Assembly (NCBI RefSeq): GCF_000615765.1
Contig: NZ_BAMI01000012.1
Coordinates: forward strand, 4,009-44,008
DNA from: Ligilactobacillus equi DSM 15833 = JCM 10991
Lineage (GTDB): Bacteria > Bacillota > Bacilli > Lactobacillales > Lactobacillaceae
Length of the DNA stretch: 40,000 bases
Direction of reading: 5' to 3'
The first letter of the stretch is position 1; each line of letters starts with the position of its first letter. The notes beneath the pieces are model-generated. The model was given only the letters and a program-made list of their open reading frames with translations, was not told the origin of the DNA and did not search any database. Both the position numbers and the translations under genes were made by a program. Of the stretch, positions 1-8,963 are shown in pieces.

Positions 1-40
1 AAGAGAAGTTAGGATACCACTACTGGAGGGAAAATAAAAA

Positions 41-814
41 ATGCAAAATACCAAAGATTTTATTAATAATGTTGTTACAACCGATATTAAGCCTAACCAA
101 AAACATTGGATAGTAGATAAACAACGCTTTAATTTCGTGGTTGACAACATGTCAGAAGAAGAGTGGCAAGCAGAACACTTAACAGTGTATACTCTTCAAA
201 AAGTAAAGAAAGAAATTGATTTACATGGCTATGATTTGAAACTTAGTGTAGAAGAAATGGCAAATTCGCTTGTGGTAGATATTTGTTTTAGACCAAAAGA
301 AGAGGAATTAACTTTGCCACAATTAGTTGGTAAGCTTAAGGTTTGGGCGGAAGAACGTGGCTTATTGACAGCTAATCCTGAAGTTCAATTTACCAAGATT
401 TATGAAGAACTTGGTGAAACAGCTACCGCTATGAATAAGAATTGGCACGATGAATTAATTGATTCAATTGGTGATCTACAAGTTACAATTATTATCTTTG
501 CACACCAAATGAATATTGATTTACTACGTGAAATTGATAATGCTAAATTGGTAAAAGACAAGCCTTCCAATAGTAAGCACGAAGCATTTACTAAAATTGG
601 CATTGAATTAGGAAAAGTAGCTGAATATGCATTTGACGGACTATATAAGCCAGTCGAATATCATTTAGCCAAAGCCTTTTTAAAAGTTCAACATTTCTCG
701 TTGCGGTGCAACTTGGACGCTACTGACTGCTTAAATAAAGCTTATAATACGATTGCTAATCGTGGTGGCAAGACAATCAATGGTACATTCGTCAAAGAAG
801 AAGACTTGAGATAG
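41..814 (+). CDS. MazG-like nucleoside-triphosphate pyrophosphohydrolase domain protein (phage/plasmid type)
   Basis: 257-aa ORF with a GGAGGG RBS upstream. Residues ~95-257 show the all-alpha NTP-PPase pattern (EELGETATAM ... DELIDSIGDLQVTIIIFA ... NKAYNTIANRGGKTINGTFVKEEDL). The N-terminal ~95 aa are unassigned. Confidence 0.55.
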   Translation: MQNTKDFINNVVTTDIKPNQKHWIVDKQRFNFVVDNMSEEEWQAEHLTVYTLQKVKKEIDLHGYDLKLSVEEMANSLVVDICFRPKEEELTLPQLVGKLKVWAEERGLLTANPEVQFTKIYEELGETATAMNKNWHDELIDSIGDLQVTIIIFAHQMNIDLLREIDNAKLVKDKPSNSKHEAFTKIGIELGKVAEYAFDGLYKPVEYHLAKAFLKVQHFSLRCNLDATDCLNKAYNTIANRGGKTINGTFVKEEDLR

Positions 815-822
815 TAGGTTAG

Positions 823-1176
823 GTGGTAATTTTGGAAGAATCTGGTAAGAAAAATTTACAAAGTAGAGCGCTAATTATTTGGTTTACAGCATTAGAACTT
901 GCTATCGGTGCACTTGCTGTATATCTTTTGCACAGAGATGTTTTCTCAGCCGATGGATGGTTAAGTATAATTGGCGGTTTATTCTATTTAGCTTTTTCGC
1001 TCGGTTGTTATCATGGCAAACTTGAAGAAAAACACGAAAATATTAAGATATCTCTCGAAATAATCCTTTTTTGCGTTGTCGTTTTGGGAATTGTGTTGAT
1101 AATGGCATTATTCCATATGGGCATATTGCATTCTCAATTCTTAACAGGTGACACAGTAGTTGGCGTCCCATGGTAG
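823..1176 (+). CDS. hypothetical small membrane protein (about 3 TM segments)
   Basis: 117-aa ORF with a GTG start 9 nt after the previous stop. Hydrophobic stretches: ALIIWFTALELAIGALAVYLL, LSIIGGLFYLAFSLG, ILFCVVVLGIVLIMALF. Confidence 0.35.
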   Translation: MVILEESGKKNLQSRALIIWFTALELAIGALAVYLLHRDVFSADGWLSIIGGLFYLAFSLGCYHGKLEEKHENIKISLEIILFCVVVLGIVLIMALFHMGILHSQFLTGDTVVGVPW

Positions 1177-1290
1177 AAAAGTAGAAAAACAATCAGTGCA
1201 ATTAGTGATTGCAGTACAAGCATATAGGAGAAATTTAATGGATTTAATAAGGATGAATTTTATTCTGAGAAAGAAAGTAACAAAATTGAG

Positions 1291-1497
1291 ATGTTAGCTT
1301 CTTTGGCTAGTGGCTTTGAAAAAGGTGAGGTGTTTAGTAGTGCAGAAACACTACTAAACGCATTACAACTGGTATTTATCAATGCAGAGGTAGAACCAAG
1401 AGATGTAATGGACGTCCTGATTAGATTTTTCAAAGTCTACCAAAATAGTTATCAGAATTATTCTTTGAATTCTGATGGTGAATCAGAAGAATATTAG
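1291..1497 (+). CDS. hypothetical small acidic protein
   Basis: 68-aa ORF in the same orientation as its neighbours. RBS is weak and no motif was recognised. Confidence 0.3.
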   Translation: MLASLASGFEKGEVFSSAETLLNALQLVFINAEVEPRDVMDVLIRFFKVYQNSYQNYSLNSDGESEEY

Positions 1498-1518
1498 TAG
1501 AGAAAATAACAGAGAAAG

Positions 1519-1737
1519 TTGGTGGTAGTGATGAACAAAAATACCTTGTATTCATTTTTTTCAGTATTAATTTGGTTGAGTGTTTTAGCAATATGTGGGC
1601 TCTTAATCCTAGTACCAAAGTTATTGCTGCTATTGATTCCTGAAAGTATTTTCTATGCTTTTGCCATCCATGGCGCAATTAGTGAAGAAGAACTCCTTGG
1701 GGACAATTATGTGCATGAGAAAGCTAATTATCGCTAA
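1519..1737 (+). CDS. hypothetical small membrane protein
   Basis: 72-aa ORF. An internal ATG at 1531 preceded by GGTGG is the more likely start. One long hydrophobic region. Confidence 0.35.
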   Translation: MVVVMNKNTLYSFFSVLIWLSVLAICGLLILVPKLLLLLIPESIFYAFAIHGAISEEELLGDNYVHEKANYR

Positions 1738-1760
1738 AGTATGCGCAGTAGAGTAATGCT

Positions 1761-2279
1761 ATGGATCAAAAACAAGTTGAGGTGATTTGCGTGGTTGAGT
1801 GGAAAAAAATCAAACTAAAAGAAATATCTAAGGATGGACGTTATATTTGGGATGGTGAGGTACCACAGGATAAGGAAGAAGTTCTTGTTACTAATGGCGA
1901 TATTGTTGACACCGATGTCTGGATTGACGATAACGACTATTCAGGACTAGAATATTACAGTGATTGGAATCAAGCCAATTGGGATCAGTTACCTCTATCA
2001 CCAAAATCAGATACTAGTTCAGATGCTAGTGGGTGGATTAACTTCCAAACACGTCCAACGACGCAAGAAGAAAAAGGCTCTGGTTTAGATTATCCATCTA
2101 TATACGTTTGCAATCTTCCTGATGTTGGGGATGATATTTTGATAAGCGACGGTTACGTAGTCAAAAAAGACCTTTGGGCAGATTTTGAAGATGGAACTGT
2201 TGGCTTATACTATGCAAATGTAGATTATCAAGAATTATGGTGGATGCCAATGCCAAAAGCGCCAAAGAAAGAAGGATGA
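1761..2279 (+). CDS. DUF551-like phage/plasmid protein
   Basis: 172-aa ORF ending ELWWMPMPKAPKKEG, which matches the W-MPLP-PP C-terminal signature of DUF551-type proteins. Confidence 0.5.
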   Translation: MDQKQVEVICVVEWKKIKLKEISKDGRYIWDGEVPQDKEEVLVTNGDIVDTDVWIDDNDYSGLEYYSDWNQANWDQLPLSPKSDTSSDASGWINFQTRPTTQEEKGSGLDYPSIYVCNLPDVGDDILISDGYVVKKDLWADFEDGTVGLYYANVDYQELWWMPMPKAPKKEG

Positions 2280-2282
2280 AAC

Positions 2283-2522
2283 ATGCAATGGATTAAGGTC
2301 GAAGCTCAACCTAAAGAACAGGTAAGCTCACATAATACAGTATTTGATTATCTCAGTGAGATGCCCGAAGATGACCAAGAAATTTTGATGTCTGATGGTC
2401 ACGAAATTTGGATAGAATGTTATAGTTTTTATGATGATGAAACGTCATTTGACGATTATCTTAGCGAAGGCAAAAAAATTTGGTGGATGCCTTTGCCAGA
2501 ATTACCGATAAAATGGGTGTAG
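2283..2522 (+). CDS. DUF551-like protein, short paralog of the upstream gene
   Basis: 79-aa ORF starting 4 nt after the previous stop. C-terminus KIWWMPLPELPIKWV. Shares the ILxSDG ... WWMP(L/M)P layout with 1761-2279. Confidence 0.5.
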   Translation: MQWIKVEAQPKEQVSSHNTVFDYLSEMPEDDQEILMSDGHEIWIECYSFYDDETSFDDYLSEGKKIWWMPLPELPIKWV

Positions 2523-2550
2523 AACTAAAAGTGGTGAGGATGTACGATTA

Positions 2551-3068
2551 ATGAAGTATGGATATGTAATAAGTGGTGATGCAACGCTAGTAGAACAACA
2601 GAAAAGTGTAATGAGAAGTTATGGCATCAATGGGGATGCTTTAATTTTTGGAGCAGTGGGCCAAGTTTTAGATAAGCTTGAACCTAATGATGTCATTTAT
2701 TTCTCGTCTCTCACAGATATTTCTAGCAAGATTCGTGAGATTAATGAGATTGTAGAGCAACTGTGGGAAAAAGAAATTGACATTCAGATAATTTCTCCAG
2801 AGATTAGGCTATCAAGGATTTCTGAAGCCGGTAGTCTCCTGAAAGAATTAATGATAATTTCTCGTTCAGAAACAAGAGAGCGACTTACGCTGCTCGCCAG
2901 AACAAGAAATTAACTGATCCCAACTTCCATACAGGTCCATCCCCAAAAAGAGACGTGGGCCAAGTTGTTCAGTATCGCAAAAGTCATACCACTATCGATA
3001 CTGCTCGGCATTTTGAAATATCCATTTCAACTGTCAAGCGGTACTTACGTAATGCAAAAAACAACTAA
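2551..3068 (+). pseudogene. serine recombinase (resolvase/invertase family), frameshifted and with an atypical catalytic N-terminus
   Basis: The frame-1 ORF (2551-2913) has a resolvase-like N-terminal domain (MKYGYVISGDATLVEQQ ... DVIYFSSLTDISS). The C-terminal HTH (GPSPKRDVGQVVQYRKSHTTIDTARHFEISISTVKRYLRNAKNN*) reads in a different frame to the stop at 3066-3068. The shift lies near 2895-2915. Confidence 0.55.
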
Positions 3069-3086
3069 TAAACATTTATTGAATTG

Positions 3087-3131
3087 AGCGTAACTTTCTC
3101 TTTTTTTAATAAGGGTTACGCTTATTTTTTT
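3087..3131 (+). terminator. rho-independent terminator after the resolvase remnant
   Basis: 8-bp stem AGCGTAAC / GTTACGCT (3087-3094 / 3115-3122) followed by a T-run. Confidence 0.5.
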
Positions 3132-3297
3132 GCTCTGAAAATGCATTAAATTGGGATTCTAAGCTATTTATTTCGTATATTAAACGATAATTAATTTAAT
3201 ATTTTAGTGATTGTTATTGATAAAATACTTTGTTTTTTAAACGAATGTGTTATACTAGAAATGGATAAGCATTACTAACTTTCTAGAAAGAAAACGA

Positions 3298-4056
3298 ATG
3301 CTATTGTTTAGTAAAATCGCAAAAGAGAAAGTAGAGGACATTTTTATGAACGAATTAGAATCTATTGGATCAGAACGTGTCCAAGTGATTAATCACAAGA
3401 TGGATAAATTGATTGAAAAAGACCTTAGAAAAACTATTTTAGAAGTTTATTTGGCTTTCGAAATTTCGGAAGTCTACAGCGAATCAGCTTACCAGCTAAT
3501 TATTTATGGTAAGCGTAATGCTAATAACGAGAACACGTATAGATTTTTAATTGACAACTTAAATATTATGGATCTGTACACTTACGATTATTCAGAAAGA
3601 GATTTAGACGCCTTAAAAGACGATTTAGCCCAAACAGGTAAACGTAATGGTGTCTTACTTGATGTACGACGTATCGCTCAATTGTTAGACTTGAGTCAAT
3701 CGAATATTAGTCGTGCTGTTAAAATGCTAACTAAGACAACTTGTAGCATGTGCGAAGTTGCAGATTTAAACTTAGTGTCAAAAGACGGACTTATTAATAC
3801 TGTTACAAATACACCATATTTCTACCGTAAGATTACTAATAAGGTGATGCGAGCTTTAGCACATAATGGTAGAACTATTCTTACTCAAGAAGAATTAGCG
3901 GAAAGAACTGGTTTGGATTTAGAAAAAATCAAGCATCCCGAGTTATTTTGTCGTAATAAAGATGAATACTTTGATGCGTTGGCTAAAATTCAACAGGCAG
4001 TTGTTCCATACGATTTAGACTGGTTTGGAAAAAGAGGAACTCAAAGAAAGGGGTAG
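3298..4056 (+). CDS. hypothetical DNA-binding (HTH) protein; possible plasmid replication/maintenance protein
   Basis: 252-aa ORF. The ATG at 3346 after GTAGAGGA is the more likely start. HTH-like segment RRIAQLLDLSQSNISRAVKML. Preceded by a 230-bp AT-rich intergenic region. Confidence 0.4.
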   Translation: MLLFSKIAKEKVEDIFMNELESIGSERVQVINHKMDKLIEKDLRKTILEVYLAFEISEVYSESAYQLIIYGKRNANNENTYRFLIDNLNIMDLYTYDYSERDLDALKDDLAQTGKRNGVLLDVRRIAQLLDLSQSNISRAVKMLTKTTCSMCEVADLNLVSKDGLINTVTNTPYFYRKITNKVMRALAHNGRTILTQEELAERTGLDLEKIKHPELFCRNKDEYFDALAKIQQAVVPYDLDWFGKRGTQRKG

Positions 4057-4063
4057 TTGACGG

Positions 4064-4828
4064 ATGACCGATTCGCTCTATTCAACTGAAAAAGAAACTG
4101 AAATGTTTAAAAAACAAGTTAAAGAATTGAAAGAAATGAGTCCATTAGTTAATAATGCCTTTATTGCTAAAAAAATTGGTGTATCATTAGGCACTATAAC
4201 TCGTATTATGAATGACGTGCTATTAATTGCTCCAAAATATAGAGAACGGTGGGAATTTGCTTATCCCATTGTTTACCGTGAGGTTTCTGAAGTAAAAGAC
4301 TTATCTTTGGAAAAAGTCAAAGCTGTATTATTAGAAAAGTTTGAAGAAGATAAAGATGGTTTTTCTAGAACAGTTGGAAGGCAAAAGCGTAGTATTAAGC
4401 AATATATCAAAAAATTTGCAACACATAAAGCTTTGCTTGTGTGGTATTATCGTGTCTTCAATCTACCCGATACAGATACTTATACTTTATATCAACGCGA
4501 AAAAGAAAACCAAGGAAAAAATGTACTAAAAGATCTTTCTGAAATTGGTTTTAACAAACGTACAATTAAGTTGTGTGCAGGCAAGGTTCCAACAAAGCAG
4601 GAACAAAACGCTGTTGATCTGTATGAGTGTTATCAACTTGCTCAAAAGTGCTTGAATAAGTTTGGTTCATTAAAGGAAGTGTGTCAAAACGTTAAAATTA
4701 CACCTGCTAAAGTAAGTCACGTTAAAGATAAGTATGATTACGACAATGACGAGATGTTATTAGCGTTACTCTTGTTCGACAAATGGCGTTATGCTTATAA
4801 AGCAAAAGCATCAAACTTAGCAAGCTAA
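4064..4828 (+). CDS. hypothetical protein with N-terminal HTH
   Basis: 254-aa ORF starting 8 nt after the upstream stop. HTH-like AFIAKKIGVSLGTITRIMND. Confidence 0.4.
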   Translation: MTDSLYSTEKETEMFKKQVKELKEMSPLVNNAFIAKKIGVSLGTITRIMNDVLLIAPKYRERWEFAYPIVYREVSEVKDLSLEKVKAVLLEKFEEDKDGFSRTVGRQKRSIKQYIKKFATHKALLVWYYRVFNLPDTDTYTLYQREKENQGKNVLKDLSEIGFNKRTIKLCAGKVPTKQEQNAVDLYECYQLAQKCLNKFGSLKEVCQNVKITPAKVSHVKDKYDYDNDEMLLALLLFDKWRYAYKAKASNLAS

Positions 4829-4864
4829 ATATTGCTAACACATCAGGAAACGAGGTGCACTTAG

Positions 4865-5362
4865 ATGAGTTATTCTACTAAAACCACTTATGTACAAGGC
4901 AATTTTTCAGTTGTCCCTAAACAAGAAAAAGAGATGGCACTTTTTAACTTATATTATAAAGATACATTAATTGGTATCTTTGACAACGATGGTTATGTTC
5001 AAAAACTCAATACGACAGACTTTGATTTTTCAGCTGAGCAGACAGGAAAAATCTTAGAATTTGCAACAGAAGCCATTGACGACTATAATTCCAATTCGGA
5101 GCTAACGTATGACGGTTTTAAACGTTTAGCGGAAGAGTTAGGCTTTGAGTGTTATGGTGATGAGCGTATCTGTAGTTTAGCTAATGTTAATGGAAAAATA
5201 TGCATTATTAGCAAAATTACACCTTATGCATTTAGTACTATGCGCTTAGGATTTGAGTTGCTAACAAATGAGCAAAAAGAAAAAGTTATGGATTTAGCCC
5301 GAAAACTGGCACAAACTCCTTTAGAAAGAAGGTATGTTTTTGGAAAAGCTCAAGAAAATTAA
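4865..5362 (+). CDS. hypothetical protein
   Basis: 165-aa ORF with a GAGGTG RBS. No motif recognised. Confidence 0.4.
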   Translation: MSYSTKTTYVQGNFSVVPKQEKEMALFNLYYKDTLIGIFDNDGYVQKLNTTDFDFSAEQTGKILEFATEAIDDYNSNSELTYDGFKRLAEELGFECYGDERICSLANVNGKICIISKITPYAFSTMRLGFELLTNEQKEKVMDLARKLAQTPLERRYVFGKAQEN

Positions 5363-6089
5363 AGAGTTACTAAATGAAAAGCAGTTAATCGGATTGTTTT
5401 TGACTGGTTCAACGCTTTACAACGCAAAGTTAGATGATAACCAAGAAACTGACTACATTGCAGTAGTTGCAGATGTACCGCAAGACTTCTTAACTGGGAA
5501 ATTCGTTTCTGAACAGTTGATTGAAGGGGATGTAGACATTAAGATTTACTCTTTCAGGCAATTCGTACAATTAGTTCTCAAAGGTAATCCTAATATTTTA
5601 GAGTTGTTTGTTGATAAATCGTGCTTGTTGTATGCAACAGATCAGTTCAAAGGCTTTTATGATGAACTAATTGAGTTCGTCTTTGAAATGGCAAGAGGAA
5701 AGTTGTTAAAAGCTCTTTTAGGTATGACTTTTAGCAATTTAAAACGAATTAAAAATAGCCAAGATAAAACTGGTAAAGCTGTATTTAGTGTGTTGAAAAA
5801 TATTCAGTACATTAATCAAATTACAACTAACGGGAAAATCATTAGCGTTGATTTCTCAAATATCAAAAATGTTAAGCAAAAAGAAAAATGGACTGTTAAA
5901 GAAATTGATGACTTAGAAAAGCAGATTGAACAAGCTAAGCAGTCATGTAATTCAGCTATGGAAAAATTAGAATATAACTCTGATTTGGTAGATAAGTTCA
6001 ATATCATGAGCTTTAAGTTTCTGCAAACAGAAGTAGTACCTACTTTTTATGTGCAAATGAGAAGGCAATGTTGCAGCATTTTTATCTAA
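5334..6089 (+). CDS. hypothetical protein, weak similarity to predicted nucleotidyltransferases
   Basis: 251-aa ORF overlapping the upstream gene by 29 nt. The N-terminal LFLTGSTLYNAKLDDNQETDYIAVV resembles the G-S ... D-x-D minimal NTase fold motif. Assignment is tentative. Confidence 0.35.
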   Translation: MFLEKLKKIKELLNEKQLIGLFLTGSTLYNAKLDDNQETDYIAVVADVPQDFLTGKFVSEQLIEGDVDIKIYSFRQFVQLVLKGNPNILELFVDKSCLLYATDQFKGFYDELIEFVFEMARGKLLKALLGMTFSNLKRIKNSQDKTGKAVFSVLKNIQYINQITTNGKIISVDFSNIKNVKQKEKWTVKEIDDLEKQIEQAKQSCNSAMEKLEYNSDLVDKFNIMSFKFLQTEVVPTFYVQMRRQCCSIFI

Positions 6090-6186
6090 AGAAGACGCTT
6101 TAAAGTCTAGCGAAGAAACTAAGAAATTACTTAAAAGTAAGGACGATATTTCTGAATATCAAGTCAACGTTTACGAGTTTGATTCG

Positions 6187-6341
6187 TGATGTTCTGATGT
6201 ATTGGTGAGATGATGATTATCGGGATGCTTCCGGTGTTACCTACTATGTGCAGGCGTGACTTGTCTGTGTAGGTGTTGCTCTAGTGAAAACAACAGTGAT
6301 ACTTTTTCCTTTCTGTTTCCCTATGTATGTAGGGGGGTCTT
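6187..6341 (+). repeat. cluster of decayed type I-E CRISPR-repeat-like units upstream of cas8e
   Basis: Best unit is 6314-6341, TGTTTCCCTATGTATGTAGGGGGGTCTT, against consensus GTGTTCCCTACGTATGTAGGGGTAATCC. A second unit is 6234-6261 (GTGTTACCTACTATGTGCAGGCGTGACT). A third is ~6254-6281 (..CTTGTCTGTGTAGGTGTTGCTC), which resembles the decayed terminal repeat of array 1. A weak unit lies at ~6187-6214. The 32 nt between 6282 and 6313 are spacer-sized. Confidence 0.5.
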
Positions 6342-6371
6342 TGCAAAGTATTTAATACTTTTGGAGATGAT

Positions 6372-6503
6372 GTGAAAGAAAAGATTAAAGACTTGCCAAA
6401 ATTAACAATCGTTAAAATCAGATCATACAATTACTGCTCAAAAGTTGCAAAAAATGGAACTTTAGCACAACTAACCAAATTGCAAAATGCTGCTAAATAT
6501 TAG
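6372..6503 (+). CDS. 43-aa mini-ORF (VKEKIKDLPKLTIVKIRSYNYCSKVAKNGTLAQLTKLQNAAKY)
   Basis: GTG start 6 nt after a GGAG. It is followed by a terminator hairpin and lies between the decayed repeats and cas8e. Too short for the ORF track. Confidence 0.3.
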   Translation: MKEKIKDLPKLTIVKIRSYNYCSKVAKNGTLAQLTKLQNAAKY

Positions 6504-6524
6504 GCAGATTTTGCACTACAATAA

Positions 6525-6579
6525 ATACCCCCTTAACCTAATAATGGTGTACACATTACAGGTAAGGGGGTATTTTTTC
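6525..6579 (+). terminator. rho-independent terminator
   Basis: 11-bp stem ATACCCCCTTA / TAAGGGGGTAT (6525-6535 / 6563-6573) followed by TTTTTT. The loop is long, about 27 nt. Confidence 0.5.
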
Positions 6580-6865
6580 GCAATTTTACGGCTTAGTTTT
6601 ATTATACACGTTTCTCATATTTTAGTCAAAGACAGATGGCAGAGTATTCCTCGTTTATTTTTCACCTAAAACAATAAGTATATCGCTTATATCACTTGCT
6701 TTTTTATCAATAAATTCGACAGAAACAATCGTATAAAAAACGACAACTTTCCTTGGATTTTTCTGCTAATTTTTCTTGAAAAATATACAAAAAGGAGTTA
6801 TCATAATTACATAATTAATAAACGACGTAAACATCGTAAAAAATACGAAAATGAGGTGATGCATA

Positions 6866-8653
6866 GTGGACAAAACCTTTCAAAAGAAGTCTTTTAATCT
6901 AGTTACTGATAACTGGATAAATGTGTTAAATGGGGATTTCGAAATCGAAACAATTAGCTTAAAAGATTTTTTTACACACGCTAAGGATTATATTTCACTA
7001 GCAGGAGAATCAGAAGCACAAAATCTTTCAGTTTTACGTTTTCTGTTAGCTATCATGCACAAGACTTATTCTATCGAAAATGAAGTAAGCCCTACTGATA
7101 ACAAAGAACAAATTGAAAAAGCGGCTCTTAATAAATGGAAACAAATTTACAAGAACTATCGTGCTGATGAAGTGGTAGCTTATTTAGAAGAAAACCAAGC
7201 TAGTTTTGACTTGTTTGGAGATAAGCCTTTCTACCAAGTAACTAGAACTCAATACAATGAGTTAGTTCCAGATAACAAGCAAATCAATGCTAAGAAATTA
7301 AAAGATCTTAATAACAGAGCAAATGATAGTGTGGCTGTAACTGGGACAATTACGGTTAAGCAATTTAAACGTACTATTTCTGAAAGTAGTAATACTCCTA
7401 ATTTATTTGCTTTAGAAAGTGAACGCTACAAGAATAAAATTACATTTGATGAATTAGCTCGCTGGTTAATTAGTTTCCAAGGTTATACAGCCACGTCTGA
7501 CAAAACAGCCATTAAGAACAAAGAAAAATTTAGTAAGTCTCCGGGTTGGCTGTTTAAAATTAATCCTGTTTTTGCAGTAGGGGATGATATGTTTGACACA
7601 CTCATGCTTAATTTAAAACTTGATAGCCCTAATAAGCAAAAACCCGTTTGGGAATATGATAACCCACTAGCTTATATTGATAAGCTTAGAACGCTAGATA
7701 AGCCTAATAATATCACTGAATTATATACAAATTTATCTCGTGCGGTATGTATTGAATGGGATGATTTTGGACGTCCTGCAATCTTCTCAGCAGGGTTACC
7801 ACAATTTGATTCAGCTGATTATTACAACGTAGAGCCTATGACAAGCTGGCGTGTTCTTAAAAAAGATATTGTCTTACCAAATACCAAAAAGCCTGATGAA
7901 TTTACCACAGCCTTATGGCGAAGTATTGGAGAATTCATTCCATTACCACACGTTGAAATTCAAGACGGCACCAAAGACAATTCTAAAAAGAGAAAGTCTC
8001 CTAAAACTAAAAAACCATTACGAGAAACACCTAACGTTGGACTCATGGAGTGGTTAACTTTACTTCGAAATAACAGCATTACAGAGTCAATCTTGACAAA
8101 TAAAACATTGACTTTGAAGAATGTATTGCTACTTAAAAGCCAACAAGCAGACGGCTTGCCAGTAGATGATTTCAATGATTCTTTTGATTTCAATGCAGAC
8201 CTACTTGTCCCAACTGATTCTGACTCTAGTGATTTAGCACATGGTGATGTGAAGTTCTTAATTGCTGATGCTTTAGAACGAATCCGTTTAGTTCACAATG
8301 CTTTAGCGCTAGCAGCTAAAGATATTGCTGAACTACGCTATGGGGAAAAAGGGCAAAACAACTCGAAGTTTGTTAATGAGCAAGTTAAGAGTCTTTATAA
8401 CAAGTTAGATGATAGCTTTAATGAATGGTTTAGTTCCATTGACCCAACAGGTGATTTAGTAGAAAAATCTGACGAGTTAAATGAAGTCCTACGTAAAATT
8501 ACATACAACTTTAAGTCTAAGTTGTATGTAAGTGCTTCTAGCAAAGAAATCAATGGTACTACGGTTGAAACTAAAGCTGGAAAGACCGTCAACAAAAACA
8601 TTTATACTGTTCTTAATTCATTTGATTTTAAAATTAGAAATATTTTGAGGTGA
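6866..8653 (+). CDS. cas8e: Cas8e (Cse1/CasA), type I-E Cascade large subunit
   Basis: 595-aa ORF with a GTG start after a GAGGTGA RBS. The N-terminal FNLVTDNWINV matches the conserved Cse1 N-terminus (E. coli NLLIDNWIPV). First gene of a cas11-cas7-cas5-cas6e series. Confidence 0.88.
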   Translation: MDKTFQKKSFNLVTDNWINVLNGDFEIETISLKDFFTHAKDYISLAGESEAQNLSVLRFLLAIMHKTYSIENEVSPTDNKEQIEKAALNKWKQIYKNYRADEVVAYLEENQASFDLFGDKPFYQVTRTQYNELVPDNKQINAKKLKDLNNRANDSVAVTGTITVKQFKRTISESSNTPNLFALESERYKNKITFDELARWLISFQGYTATSDKTAIKNKEKFSKSPGWLFKINPVFAVGDDMFDTLMLNLKLDSPNKQKPVWEYDNPLAYIDKLRTLDKPNNITELYTNLSRAVCIEWDDFGRPAIFSAGLPQFDSADYYNVEPMTSWRVLKKDIVLPNTKKPDEFTTALWRSIGEFIPLPHVEIQDGTKDNSKKRKSPKTKKPLRETPNVGLMEWLTLLRNNSITESILTNKTLTLKNVLLLKSQQADGLPVDDFNDSFDFNADLLVPTDSDSSDLAHGDVKFLIADALERIRLVHNALALAAKDIAELRYGEKGQNNSKFVNEQVKSLYNKLDDSFNEWFSSIDPTGDLVEKSDELNEVLRKITYNFKSKLYVSASSKEINGTTVETKAGKTVNKNIYTVLNSFDFKIRNILR

Positions 8654-8658
8654 TTATT

Positions 8659-8883
8659 ATGCAGCCACGTAGTGTAAGAATTTACAGTATCGAACCAAAT
8701 GGAAATCGGAAACTACTTGCTACTGTTTTTCAAGCTATATATTATTCTGAAGGCTTTTCTTCTTCGTGGGAGCCAACTGACGCACTTTTAGATGAGATTA
8801 GTTCTCTGAGGAGTGATTTTGCTTATCGGGATTGCGTGCTTGAGGTAACGTCTGGTGATGGAGCCTTTGATGCTAGATACTAG
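8659..8883 (+). CDS. unknown 74-aa protein inserted between cas8e and cas11
   Basis: The ATG at 8659 sits 7 nt after GAGGTGA, which overlaps the cas8e stop, so translation looks coupled. The track ORF 8650-8883 uses an upstream GTG. No family recognised. Not part of canonical I-E operons. Confidence 0.5.
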   Translation: MQPRSVRIYSIEPNGNRKLLATVFQAIYYSEGFSSSWEPTDALLDEISSLRSDFAYRDCVLEVTSGDGAFDARY

Positions 8884-8913
8884 GACTTATGTTATTTCAA
8901 GTAACTTATTAAT

Positions 8914-8963
8914 GCGAGAAATACAGAAAATACGAGATGCGAGAGATATAAGAAACACGAGAG
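8914..8963 (+). repeat. imperfect 25-bp tandem duplication upstream of cas11
   Basis: Units are GCGAGAAATACAGAAAATACGAGAT (8914-8938) and GCGAGAGATATAAGAAACACGAGAG (8939-8963), matching at 19 of 25 positions. It contains four RCGAGA motifs and abuts the cas11 RBS. Confidence 0.6.

Noticed and set aside
6067-6189. Alternative-frame tail after the 5334-6089 ORF (EGNVAAFLSKEDALKSSEETKKLLKSKDDISEYQVNVYEFDS*)
   Set aside because: It reads like real coding sequence but has no start codon. It may be a frameshifted C-terminus, which cannot be resolved without homologs or reads.
6487-6669. Track ORF 6487-6669(+)
   Set aside because: It starts within the 3' end of the 43-aa ORF, runs through the terminator hairpin (6525-6579), and has no RBS.
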